Of a DNA stretch of 64,000 nt, positions 56,208 to 64,000 are shown piece after piece. This DNA is from a virus. Lineage: Duplodnaviria > Heunggongvirae > Uroviricota > Caudoviricetes. Location of the stretch: the IMG/VR virus record IMGVR_UViG_2843020057_000001, positions 10,516 through 74,515 of that record. One strand, 5' to 3'. Under the pieces are notes generated by a model that searched no databases, was not told the origin of the DNA, and saw only the letters and a program-made list of their open reading frames with translations. Positions within the stretch are counted from its first letter, which is position 1; every line of letters begins with the position of its first letter. The translations under genes were made by a program, and so were the position numbers.

Positions 56208-59093
56208 ATGGCAAAAAGTAGCACACAAACTTTTTACGGTACCAATAACCGTAAAAACCAGACACATAAGACTCGGCGACAGGTTGTTGAAGAATTTGTT
56301 GATGAATGGGTCGATAAAGATAACAATGGAATTATCAAGGAAGATGCTAACCGACAACCGTTTATAGATGATCTATTGAGAAGAGTATGTGGTATTGAAC
56401 AGCCAACACAATATATCCAATATGAGAAGGATGTTCAAGTTAAAGCTGATGGGGAAGTTACCACTCGGCGGATTGATGGTTACATTCCTTCTACTAAGGT
56501 TATGTGGGAAATGAAAGGAAGCAACAAGAAAGACCTTACTAAACCAATCGTTCAATCTGGTGGAGATATGCTTACACCATACGAACAAGCAAAACGTTAT
56601 GCTAACTTCTTACCACAAAACGAACAGCCACGATGGATTGTTATATCTAACTTTGTAGAAATAGATATTCATGACATGAACAAGCCTTTAGCTGATCCAA
56701 AAGTTATTATGCTTAAAGACTTAGCGACTAATTATAAGGCTCTCGACTTCATGGTTGATACTAATCAACAGCAAATTATTGATGAAAAGCAACTGTCGGT
56801 TGATGCGGGTAACTTGGTAGCAAAGATTTATGATGAGTTATCTAAAGCCTACTCGCTACATGCTAATATTGATGACCCCAAGATTCAAAGCAGTTTGAAT
56901 ATGTTGATTGTTCGATTAGTATTCCTTCTATACGCTGATGATACAGGTATTTTGGGACAAGAAAACATGTTTCAGAACTTCCTTGAACGACGTGAACCAC
57001 GTGATATTCGTCCAGCCCTTATTACGCTATTTGAGACGCTTGATAAGGACCCCGAAAAGGGCGAACGTGATGAATTCTTGGACCAGGAATATCTTCAATT
57101 TAAGTATGTTAACGGTGGAATGTTTAGTAATGAGAATGTTATTATCCCACAATTTACACAGGAGTTAAAAGACCTTATTGTAAACGAAGCTGGGAAAGGA
57201 TTTAACTGGTCAAGTATCAGTCCAACCATCTTCGGGGCCGTTTTCGAGAGTACATTAAACTCGAAATTACGTCGTTCTGGTGGTATGCACTACACGTCGA
57301 TTGAAAACATCCACAAGGTTATTGATCCACTGTTCTTAGACGACTTACGTAATGAGTTTGACAAAATTCAAAACATGCCTAACGTCAACCAACGAGTTGA
57401 CGCGGCTAGAGAATTCCAAGATAAGATAGCTAAACTTAAATTCCTTGACCCCGCTTGTGGTTCCGGGAATTTCCTTACCGAAACATATTTGTCCTTGCGT
57501 AAACTCGAGAATGAATGTCTCAGGATTATTGTTGGTAATAACATGCTATTAAATACTGATAGCGATATTCGAGTTAAAGTCAAAATTCAGAACTATTATG
57601 GCATTGAAATTAATGATTTTGCCGTTTCAGTTGCTCGGACAGCAATGTGGATTGCTGAAAGCCAAATGTGGGAACAGTCTCAGGACATTATTTATTCTCA
57701 AGACGATTTCCTGCCGCTTGACAGCAACGATTCAATCTATGAGGGTAACGCCTTACGTATGGATTGGACAGATATTGTGAAGCCTTATGAGCTGAACTAC
57801 ATTATGGGGAATCCTCCATTTATCGGCTATTCTTTACAAAGCAAGGCTCAGAAAAAAGAGCAACAAGATATATGTGTAGACAAAAAAGGTAAAAAGTTTA
57901 AGGCATCTGGGAAGTTAGACTATGTTTCGAATTGGTTCGTGAAAGCAGCAAAATATATAGACAACTCTACAATTCATGTAGCATTTGTTTCCACTAATTC
58001 TATTACTCAGGGGGAACAAGTCACATCTTTATGGGAGCCGCTTATTTGTGACTATAACATAAGAATAAATTTTGCCGTTAGAACATTTAAATGGAATAAT
58101 GAGGCCAAGAAAAATGCTTTGGTCTACGTAGTAATAATAGGCTTCTCTAATAAATCAAGTGAAAGTAAAGAGAAATTTATATTTGACGGTAGTAGCTCCC
58201 TTAATGCTCGAAATATAAACCCTTATCTAATCGATTTCCCTAATATTTTTGTACATACCAGAACTAAGCCTATTTGTAATGTACAAAGTATGATATCTGG
58301 AAACCGGCCTGCGGATGGTGGAAATTTAATTATTGAAGCAAAAGACTATAAGGAATTTATCCAAAAAGAACACAAAGCTAAAAAATATATAAAGAGATTT
58401 ATGATGGGCAATGAATTTATAAAGGGTAAGAAACGTTATTGCTTATGGCTTGTTGACGTAAGCCCTGCTGAATTAAGATCAATGCCTTTAGTAATGAAGA
58501 GAGTCGAAAAATGTAGAGAAGACCGAATGAAGGGTGCAGAAGACCGCAAAAAGTTGGGAAGAGAACGTCCGCATCTATTTAGAGAGACAAGAAATCCTAA
58601 GAGATATATTGCTATTCCAGTTGTTTCTGGTGGCAATAGGAAGTACATACCAATGGGATATTTGGATGATTCAGTAATTCCCGGAAACAAATTATTCATT
58701 ATAGAAGATGCATCGCTTTATAGTTTTGGAGTCTTAACTTCCATCGTGCACATGTACTGGGAACATACAGTAGATAGTAAATATGGTCCAAGCTATCAGT
58801 ATGCTAAGAAACTCGCCTATAATAATTTCCCATGGCCAGAAGTAAACGATGTACAAAAGCAAAAAATCTCAGAAACTGCCCAAGATATTCTTAACGCACG
58901 TAAGCTTTATCCAGATAGTTCTCTTGCCGATTTATATGATCCACTGACGATGCCAGTTGAACTCCGCAGAGCTCACGAAGAAAATGATAAAGCTGTTCTT
59001 AAAGCATATGGATTGAAGTCAAGCGCAACCGAACAAGAAATTGTGCAGCGGCTATTTGAAATGTATGAAGAATTAACCAAAACGGAGGATTAG
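56208..59093 (+). CDS. MmeI-like single-chain type IIG/IIL restriction-modification enzyme
   Basis: N-terminal IDG..-E.K nuclease motif; SPTIFGAVFE; GMHYTS; LDPACGSGNFL; MGNPPFIG; C-terminal SLADLYDPLTMP.ELR.AH..ND. Confidence 0.9.
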   Translation: MAKSSTQTFYGTNNRKNQTHKTRRQVVEEFVDEWVDKDNNGIIKEDANRQPFIDDLLRRVCGIEQPTQYIQYEKDVQVKADGEVTTRRIDGYIPSTKVMWEMKGSNKKDLTKPIVQSGGDMLTPYEQAKRYANFLPQNEQPRWIVISNFVEIDIHDMNKPLADPKVIMLKDLATNYKALDFMVDTNQQQIIDEKQLSVDAGNLVAKIYDELSKAYSLHANIDDPKIQSSLNMLIVRLVFLLYADDTGILGQENMFQNFLERREPRDIRPALITLFETLDKDPEKGERDEFLDQEYLQFKYVNGGMFSNENVIIPQFTQELKDLIVNEAGKGFNWSSISPTIFGAVFESTLNSKLRRSGGMHYTSIENIHKVIDPLFLDDLRNEFDKIQNMPNVNQRVDAAREFQDKIAKLKFLDPACGSGNFLTETYLSLRKLENECLRIIVGNNMLLNTDSDIRVKVKIQNYYGIEINDFAVSVARTAMWIAESQMWEQSQDIIYSQDDFLPLDSNDSIYEGNALRMDWTDIVKPYELNYIMGNPPFIGYSLQSKAQKKEQQDICVDKKGKKFKASGKLDYVSNWFVKAAKYIDNSTIHVAFVSTNSITQGEQVTSLWEPLICDYNIRINFAVRTFKWNNEAKKNALVYVVIIGFSNKSSESKEKFIFDGSSSLNARNINPYLIDFPNIFVHTRTKPICNVQSMISGNRPADGGNLIIEAKDYKEFIQKEHKAKKYIKRFMMGNEFIKGKKRYCLWLVDVSPAELRSMPLVMKRVEKCREDRMKGAEDRKKLGRERPHLFRETRNPKRYIAIPVVSGGNRKYIPMGYLDDSVIPGNKLFIIEDASLYSFGVLTSIVHMYWEHTVDSKYGPSYQYAKKLAYNNFPWPEVNDVQKQKISETAQDILNARKLYPDSSLADLYDPLTMPVELRRAHEENDKAVLKAYGLKSSATEQEIVQRLFEMYEELTKTED

Positions 59094-59103
59094 TAATTAA
59101 CCA

Positions 59104-59349
59104 ATGCAAAAATCAACAATAACATTAATTTGGACGATTACAGCTGTAGTATTAATACTTTTCAGCAGCTTCTTCATTCACAAAGAGAATATTGCGCCTG
59201 TGATTAATATAATTGGGTGCCTTATCCTAGTAAGAGAATTTACACAAACCTTTGGTAAAGGAAGTAAGAAGGTTATTTTCTGGGGTTATATAGGGATAGC
59301 TGCATGTTTGGTAGCTGTTTTCATAGATTTAATTCTACTAGCCTTCTAA
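59104..59349 (+). CDS. Small three-TM membrane protein
   Basis: 81 aa, hydrophobic; follows the RM gene. Confidence 0.55.
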   Translation: MQKSTITLIWTITAVVLILFSSFFIHKENIAPVINIIGCLILVREFTQTFGKGSKKVIFWGYIGIAACLVAVFIDLILLAF

Positions 59350-59406
59350 ACACAACTTTATAAAACATTCATTTTAGAAAATATTTGGCTATGATATAAT
59401 AACAAT

Positions 59407-59488
59407 GTGCTATTTGTCTCCCTAAGCGTAAATGGCATATTCATAAATAAACAACCCAGGAATCGTTTTGGTTCCTGGGTCTCTTTTT
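59407..59488 (+). ncRNA. Candidate ~80-nt sRNA
   Basis: TG-a-TATAAT just upstream; hairpin with a TCTCCCT loop; terminator ACCCAGGAA...TTCCTGGGT followed by a T run; no ORF. Confidence 0.4.
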
Positions 59489-59594
59489 ATCTGTATGATA
59501 TAATACTAAAGCAGGCAAGTTTTAAGGACGGTGGCCGACATCGTTTTGGAGGTGGTTCGCATGAACTTCACCATTAAGAAAGGATTATCGGCAC

Positions 59595-59684
59595 ATGAGC
59601 GCCTACCAAGCACTTATGTTAATGTTGGCATTTGCGACATTTATTATTGCATTGCCAACCTTTATTTTCACATTTTGTGCATAA
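59595..59684 (+). CDS. Type I toxin (holin-like toxin/TxpA-like), 29 aa
   Basis: TG-a-TATAAT at 59496-59504; AGAAAGGA SD; MSAYQALMLMLAFATFIIALPTFIFTFCA*; 5'-3' UTR complementarity; absent from the ORF track. Confidence 0.75.
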   Translation: MSAYQALMLMLAFATFIIALPTFIFTFCA

Positions 59685-59785
59685 TAAAAGACCGTCCTCG
59701 TATAACTTTGGCGAGTTGCAGGACGATCTTTTACTGATCTGATGTAACATGGCTACCGTCTTTTTAACGGGCCTGCTTTTTGTGC
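59685..59785 (-). ncRNA. Type I antitoxin RNA candidate (locus 2)
   Basis: Minus-strand TG-c-TATAAT at 59800-59792; hairpin AAAAGAcCGTCCT...AGGACGaTCTTTT overlapping the toxin 3' UTR; bounds approximate. Confidence 0.65.
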
Positions 59786-60144
59786 ATCTATATTATAGCA
59801 TGAAAGAGGGGAATTGAGTAGTCGGTGAATACTCAGTGACGTGTTCATGAGTCTTTCGTGTTATAAAAAGAAACTTTGTATAGAGTTTGGCTTTCCTTAA
59901 TGGGACATAAAATTTTTTACAAAAAGATAGACGAGGGAAGGATAAATCCTGATGATTTTGGTTTATCTAAACATTAGTAACAGAACTGCAGTATTCTGTC
60001 GACTCTATATCAATGAAAAAGAGCGAAGAAAGTTATGTGATACCACTTTGTAAAACTCTGGTTTTATAATAATACTGAATAACTAAAATAAGCCCCTCGC
60101 TACAGCTGTAGTGGGGAGCTTATTTCATCTGAAATTGTTATGTA

Positions 60145-60249
60145 TTATTCATTATTCTTGTCATCATCTTTATAGTATTCTTGAGTAAGTCTTCTAGGTT
60201 TGTTGATATTTGTGTCATCTTTATTATTGGGCTTAACATTTTGTGATTC
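60145..60249 (-). pseudogene. 3' remnant of a gene cut by IS30
   Basis: Open frame ESQNVKPNNKDDTNINKPRRLTQEYYKDDDKNNE* runs from the IS edge to a terminator hairpin at ~60087-60126; no 5' part found beyond the IS. Confidence 0.4.
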
Positions 60250-61303
60250 GGCAGATTGTAAAATTTAAGTTGAACATTTAAGTGGACAGAAAAACCCATC
60301 AAGGTCTTTAATGGTGTTACCACACAATCCATTAGAAAGAAGGACCTTGATGAGCACCACTATTTTATCATTCCAGAACCGTGTTGTCATTGAAACGCTT
60401 CATAGTGAAGGACGTTCCTTGCGATACATCGCTAACTACTTAGGCTTTAGTAAGACCACCATCTTTAACGAACTTCACCGGCTAAATAGTGAGTACCAGG
60501 CTGAGCTAGCGCAAACTGACTTTGAACAAAAGGTTAGTCAACGGGGGCGGAAGTCTTCACTCACTAAAAGCCTTAAGCACTTGATTGAGGAAAAGATTCA
60601 AGTCCAGAAGTGGTCCCCTGAACAAGTTGCCCATGTAGTTGGGATTGCCTACAAGACGGTCTATAACTGGATTGATCAAGGATGGCTTGATGTACAGTTA
60701 CCCGATTTGCCTGATCATGGAATTCGTCGTCATCGTGCTAAAGAAAAGCGTGGTACGTTCAGTCACGGCCGCTCCATTGAGGAGCGTCCTCATAAAGTCG
60801 AAACTCGCCAAGAATTCGGCCACTTTGAAGCTGATACCGTACTTTCTGGCAAACGTAAAGGTCAAGCTGTGGCGACTTTTGTGGAGCGTAAGAGTCGCCT
60901 GACAATTGTTAAACGGCTCCATGGCCGCGACAGTCAGTCTATGACTCAAGCCGTACTTGAACTAGCTAGTCAACTTCAAGACAAGCTCAAGACGCTGACC
61001 GTGGATCATGGGAAAGAGTTCGCTAACTATCAGACAATTGAACGGCAAACTGGTACTCCGGTTTATTTTGCCCATGCTTATTCACCACATGAACGCGGTA
61101 GTAATGAGAACCGTAACCGAGTTTTGCGACGATTTATTCCCAAGGGACAAGCTATTGAAGAGCTGAGCGATCGCCAGCTGGTTCAAATCAATTGGTATCT
61201 GAATTCCCGGCCACTTAAATGTCTTAACTGGCGCACACCAATCGAGATCTTCCTGCTTAATTTACGTCATTAAATTCGTTCAAGTTATTTCTTGCAATCT
61301 GCC
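60250..61303 (+). mobile_element. IS30-family insertion sequence (second type)
   Basis: 26-bp IRs GGCAGATTGTAAAATTTAAGTTGAAC / GGCAGATTGCAAGAAATAACTTGAAC; no target duplication. Confidence 0.92.
60311..61273 (+). CDS. IS30-family transposase
   Basis: HTH; FEADTV, TVDHGKEF, ERGSNEN DDE motifs; start may be ATG 60350. Confidence 0.95.
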   Translation: MVLPHNPLERRTLMSTTILSFQNRVVIETLHSEGRSLRYIANYLGFSKTTIFNELHRLNSEYQAELAQTDFEQKVSQRGRKSSLTKSLKHLIEEKIQVQKWSPEQVAHVVGIAYKTVYNWIDQGWLDVQLPDLPDHGIRRHRAKEKRGTFSHGRSIEERPHKVETRQEFGHFEADTVLSGKRKGQAVATFVERKSRLTIVKRLHGRDSQSMTQAVLELASQLQDKLKTLTVDHGKEFANYQTIERQTGTPVYFAHAYSPHERGSNENRNRVLRRFIPKGQAIEELSDRQLVQINWYLNSRPLKCLNWRTPIEIFLLNLRH

Positions 61304-61339
61304 AATAATAAACTTTTCCTTTAAATTTCAATAGAAAAC

Positions 61340-61353
61340 GTTTACAATAATAG
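61340..61353. promoter_or_regulatory. Probable cre (CcpA) site
   Basis: AGAAAACGTTTACA is 13/14 to TGWAANCGNTNWCA, upstream of a carbon-source transporter; position accurate to about 1 bp. Confidence 0.5.
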
Positions 61354-61411
61354 TGCAATATATTTTTTTATTTAGGTTTTTACTTATTTTACTTACAAAG
61401 GAGTGTTTCAA

Positions 61412-62788
61412 GTGTTTAAGTTTTTGGAACCGTCTCCGGATGCTAAAAAGCTTGTGCCAAAAGACAAAATTGCTAGTGTCTATCGGCGCAAACAAACCGG
61501 GGTTATTCTAGCAACCTGTTTTACCTATTTGGCTTACTACATCATTCGGTTGATTTTCACTACCGAACAAAAGCCAGTTATGAAGGAATATGGCTTTGAT
61601 ATTGGTCAAATTGGTTTGATTCTTTCCACCTTCGGGATTGGGTACGGTGTTGCTAAGCTGTTCATGGGTGGTTTGGCAGATAAGTCAAACACACGGACAT
61701 TCTTAGCATTTGGTTTATATCTTTCTTGTATTTTTAACGCATTTTTAGCATTTACTCGTAACTTCTACGTTATCTTATTCTTAATGCTATTAATCTCAAT
61801 TACCCAAGCCATGGGTGCACCTGCATGTCAGCGTGAAATTTCACTTTGGTTTGCCAAAAAGCACCGTGGGATTGTCTTTGCTGTTTGGGCTTCAGCACAC
61901 AACGCCGGGGCATTTGCCTGTGTTGCATGTATTCAAATTGCGACATTCCTCTTCTCTGGTTCACTTCCAGCTGTTTTCTTAACCGCATCTGTAGTATCAG
62001 CTATTATTGCAACTCTTATGTTAATTATTAATTCTGAGCGGCCAGAAGCAGCAGGTTTGCCAAACATGGCAGTTTACTCAGGCCACGTTGAACTAGATGA
62101 AAACGGTAATTCAACTGCTCAAGAACTTTCTAACAAGACTTTCTGGCAAATCTTAGTTCAAAACATCCTTTGCAATAAGGTTGTTTGGGCGGTTACCTTG
62201 ACTTCAATGTCAATTTACATTGTTCGTTACGGGATTATGAGTTGGATTCCAAGTTACCTACCAACTAAAGGGTTCAGTGTTGACTGGGCTAAGTGGTTAG
62301 TTGGTATCTTCGAACTTTCTGCCGTACCAGGTGTTATTATCCTTGGTGGTATCTCTGACTTGCTTAAGGGTCGTCGTTCACTCGTTTGCTTAATCTGTGT
62401 AATCGGATTAATTATTTGCTTAATCACTTATTTCACCAGCACTAGTCATGCGGTTATTGTTACAGTTCTCTTCATCATGGGGAGCTTGATTTACGCACCA
62501 CTTTCTCTTGTTGGTTTGATGGTTAACGAAGCCGTGCCAAACTACGCGGTTGGTCTTTCAACCGGGTTCATGGGCTTCTTCCAGTACGTCTTTGGTGAAA
62601 CTGCCGCCACTGCCTTGATTGGTCAATTGGTTAACCACTTTGGCTGGGGCGCATCTTCAGTAACTATTTACATTGCTGCCGCAGTTGCCTTCCTTCTCTT
62701 GATTTACCTTGTATTTAAGGAACGTCAAATCTTACGGATGGAAGCTAAGGTTAATGACAAAGATCAAGCTGAAAAAGCAGAAAACTAA
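61412..62788 (+). CDS. MFS organophosphate:Pi antiporter family transporter (GlpT/UhpT-like); host gene
   Basis: GTG after AAAGGAG; about 12 TM segments; Y.AYY..R; G.LADK.N.R; WF.KK.RG...AVWASAHNAG. Confidence 0.85.
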   Translation: MFKFLEPSPDAKKLVPKDKIASVYRRKQTGVILATCFTYLAYYIIRLIFTTEQKPVMKEYGFDIGQIGLILSTFGIGYGVAKLFMGGLADKSNTRTFLAFGLYLSCIFNAFLAFTRNFYVILFLMLLISITQAMGAPACQREISLWFAKKHRGIVFAVWASAHNAGAFACVACIQIATFLFSGSLPAVFLTASVVSAIIATLMLIINSERPEAAGLPNMAVYSGHVELDENGNSTAQELSNKTFWQILVQNILCNKVVWAVTLTSMSIYIVRYGIMSWIPSYLPTKGFSVDWAKWLVGIFELSAVPGVIILGGISDLLKGRRSLVCLICVIGLIICLITYFTSTSHAVIVTVLFIMGSLIYAPLSLVGLMVNEAVPNYAVGLSTGFMGFFQYVFGETAATALIGQLVNHFGWGASSVTIYIAAAVAFLLLIYLVFKERQILRMEAKVNDKDQAEKAEN

Positions 62789-62899
62789 TTAATATATCTA
62801 AATAGAACAACTTACAGTCTCTAAGTGGCCTCTGACAACAGTCAGGGGTCATTTTGATCCCTTATGATATAATGTTAATGATAAACAAGGGGAGAAATT

Positions 62900-63099
62900 A
62901 TGGCCGAAAAAAAGACAATCAAACTAGAAGACGTTGCTGAATTAGCTGGGGTATCAAAGACAACGGTGTCACGAGTTTTAAACAATCGTGGTTATTTAAG
63001 TGATAAGACAATTAAGAAAGTCCATGATGCAATGGATGAATTGAACTATCGCCCGAATGTGATTGCTCGCCAACTGTTTAAACAAAAAACTAATTTGGT
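62900..63099 (+). pseudogene. LacI-family (ScrR-like) regulator interrupted by an IS3-family element
   Basis: KLEDVAELAGVSKTTVSRVLNNRGY HTH; homology ends at KTNLV, where the IS begins. Confidence 0.85.
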
Positions 63100-63170
63100 T
63101 GCTTTCGTACAATACCCCTTAGGGTTGACACTTGAAATAATAAAAGTGTCAGTCCTAGGGGGTATTTTGT

Positions 63171-63878
63171 ATTGTAAGTTATTCAACTATTGAGAAACTT
63201 AAGCTACTTAGTAAGTATCAAGAATCGTATTACGACCTAACGGTCTTCTCCGATTATCACGGCGTGCGGCCAGCGAATATGAGTAAATGGATCAAACAAT
63301 TCTTAATGGCTGGATTAGCAGGTCTAATTAGGCCTAAGCATAATCGGAAATACTCATTAGAAACAAAGGTAGCCGCTGTCAAAGCTTATCTTTCAAGTGC
63401 GTATTCTAACCAGGAACTCCTTCAGCGATACCAAATTAGGAATATTTCTCAACTCCATCAATGGGTTATCAGTTACAATAGTGGCAACCTTACCGTTAAT
63501 CAGACAACGAGAAAGCGAGCTAGAAGAATGGGACGAAAAGTAACCTTTGATGAAAAGAAGAGTATCGTTCAATGGACGATTGACCATGACAATAACTATA
63601 AGGCGGCTGCTGAGAAGTATAACGTTAGTTATCAACGTGTTTATTCTTGGGTACGCAAGTACCAGGAAAACAATGATTGGGCAGCATTGAAGGATAACCG
63701 TGGGCGTAACAAGGGTAAAGAACCGACTAATGAATTAGAACGGTTAAGAAAAAAAGTTCGCGAATTAGAGGCCCGAGAGCGTGAACGGGAGGTTCAAATT
63801 GCATTTGCAAAAAAATTAGTCGAAATACGCAATCGGGAGGTGGATCGACCGGACGATATCAAGCAATTCAGGAAATGA
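63171..63878 (+). CDS. IS3 OrfA (repeated HTH), probable ATT start
   Basis: AGGGGG RBS, then in-frame ATT at 63171 upstream of ORF 63264..63878; ends AFAKKLVE.. Confidence 0.75.
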   Translation: MVSYSTIEKLKLLSKYQESYYDLTVFSDYHGVRPANMSKWIKQFLMAGLAGLIRPKHNRKYSLETKVAAVKAYLSSAYSNQELLQRYQIRNISQLHQWVISYNSGNLTVNQTTRKRARRMGRKVTFDEKKSIVQWTIDHDNNYKAAAEKYNVSYQRVYSWVRKYQENNDWAALKDNRGRNKGKEPTNELERLRKKVRELEAREREREVQIAFAKKLVEIRNREVDRPDDIKQFRK

Positions 63879-64000
63879 TAGCCGAGGGTTATTCAGTCCG
63901 TGAATTAACCAAAGCTGCTGGAGTGTCTAGGCAAGCTTACTACAAGTGGCTTAAACATGATCCAAATGAACGTGAAATCGAGGAATTGGAACTCCTCAAG
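63809..64000 (+). CDS. IS3 OrfB N-terminus reached by -1 frameshift (partial)
   Basis: A7 at 63809-63815; -1 frame reads RYQAIQE...AGVSRQAYYKW. Confidence 0.8.

Larger units (their letters stand above)
1..60249 (+). mobile_element. Large SPbeta-like siphophage genome segment (prophage or integrated phage-plasmid); left end lies outside the window
   Basis: Co-directional capsid, tail, lysis and replication (primase, DnaE, ligase) genes. Order capsid...tail tube, fibre, two genes, tyrosine recombinase, tape measure matches SPbeta yonB-yomI synteny as recalled. Right limit set by an IS30 followed by host-like genes; no att site seen. Confidence 0.9.
63100..64000 (+). mobile_element. IS3-family element (IS150-like), runs off the window
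   Basis: 5'-TG end at 63100; internal long hairpin 63113-63164; orfA/orfB with an A7 slippery site. Confidence 0.88.

Noticed and set aside
53108-60250. GOLLD/ROOL-type giant RNA or tRNA cluster
   Set aside because: The non-coding gaps are short or already explained by TA loci, promoters and terminators; no tRNA found
59800-61420. attR core sequence
   Set aside because: No repeat shared with another part of the window, no tRNA or split host gene at the junction; the left phage end is outside the window
60-63635. Most minus-strand and nested short ORFs in the supplied track
   Set aside because: They shadow long + strand genes and lack an RBS or coherent composition; only 53255..53524 has independent promoter, SD and terminator support

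Overview
Positions 1 to ~60.25 kb are the right-hand part of a large SPbeta-like siphophage (prophage or phage-plasmid) in a lactobacillus, most likely Limosilactobacillus judging from the IS types. Almost all genes lie on the + strand, and the window opens within or at the start of the major capsid gene. Gene order: capsid, head-tail genes, tail tube with an FN3 insert, a 2378-aa multi-module fibre, holin genes, a YomM-like tyrosine recombinase, a 3023-aa tape measure, baseplate/tail-tip genes and a signal-peptide GH25-LysM endolysin. An accessory island follows (tandem structured repeats, IS30, a collapsed toxin gene plus SMI1/KNR4 immunity). Then come primase, PD-(D/E)XK nuclease, DnaE, ATP-dependent ligase and many small genes (orphan MTase, PgpA, frameshifted tdk, Apf-like LysM protein). 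The phage segment ends with two type I toxin-antitoxin loci, a second plasmid-type tyrosine recombinase with an 11-7-11 palindrome and an MmeI-like RM enzyme. An IS30 without a target duplication joins this to host-like DNA: a GlpT-like MFS transporter and a LacI regulator cut by an IS3-family element. Best leads: (i) a tail-hub protein with a C-terminal flagellinolysin-like HExxH gluzincin; (ii) a tandem pair of covarying ~120-nt structured RNAs behind the endolysin; (iii) tRNA T-arm-like hairpins placed directly after the capsid and tail-tube genes; (iv) a 27-bp motif at the -35 region of three phage promoters. All family assignments come from motif recognition and synteny recalled from memory; no database search was run.
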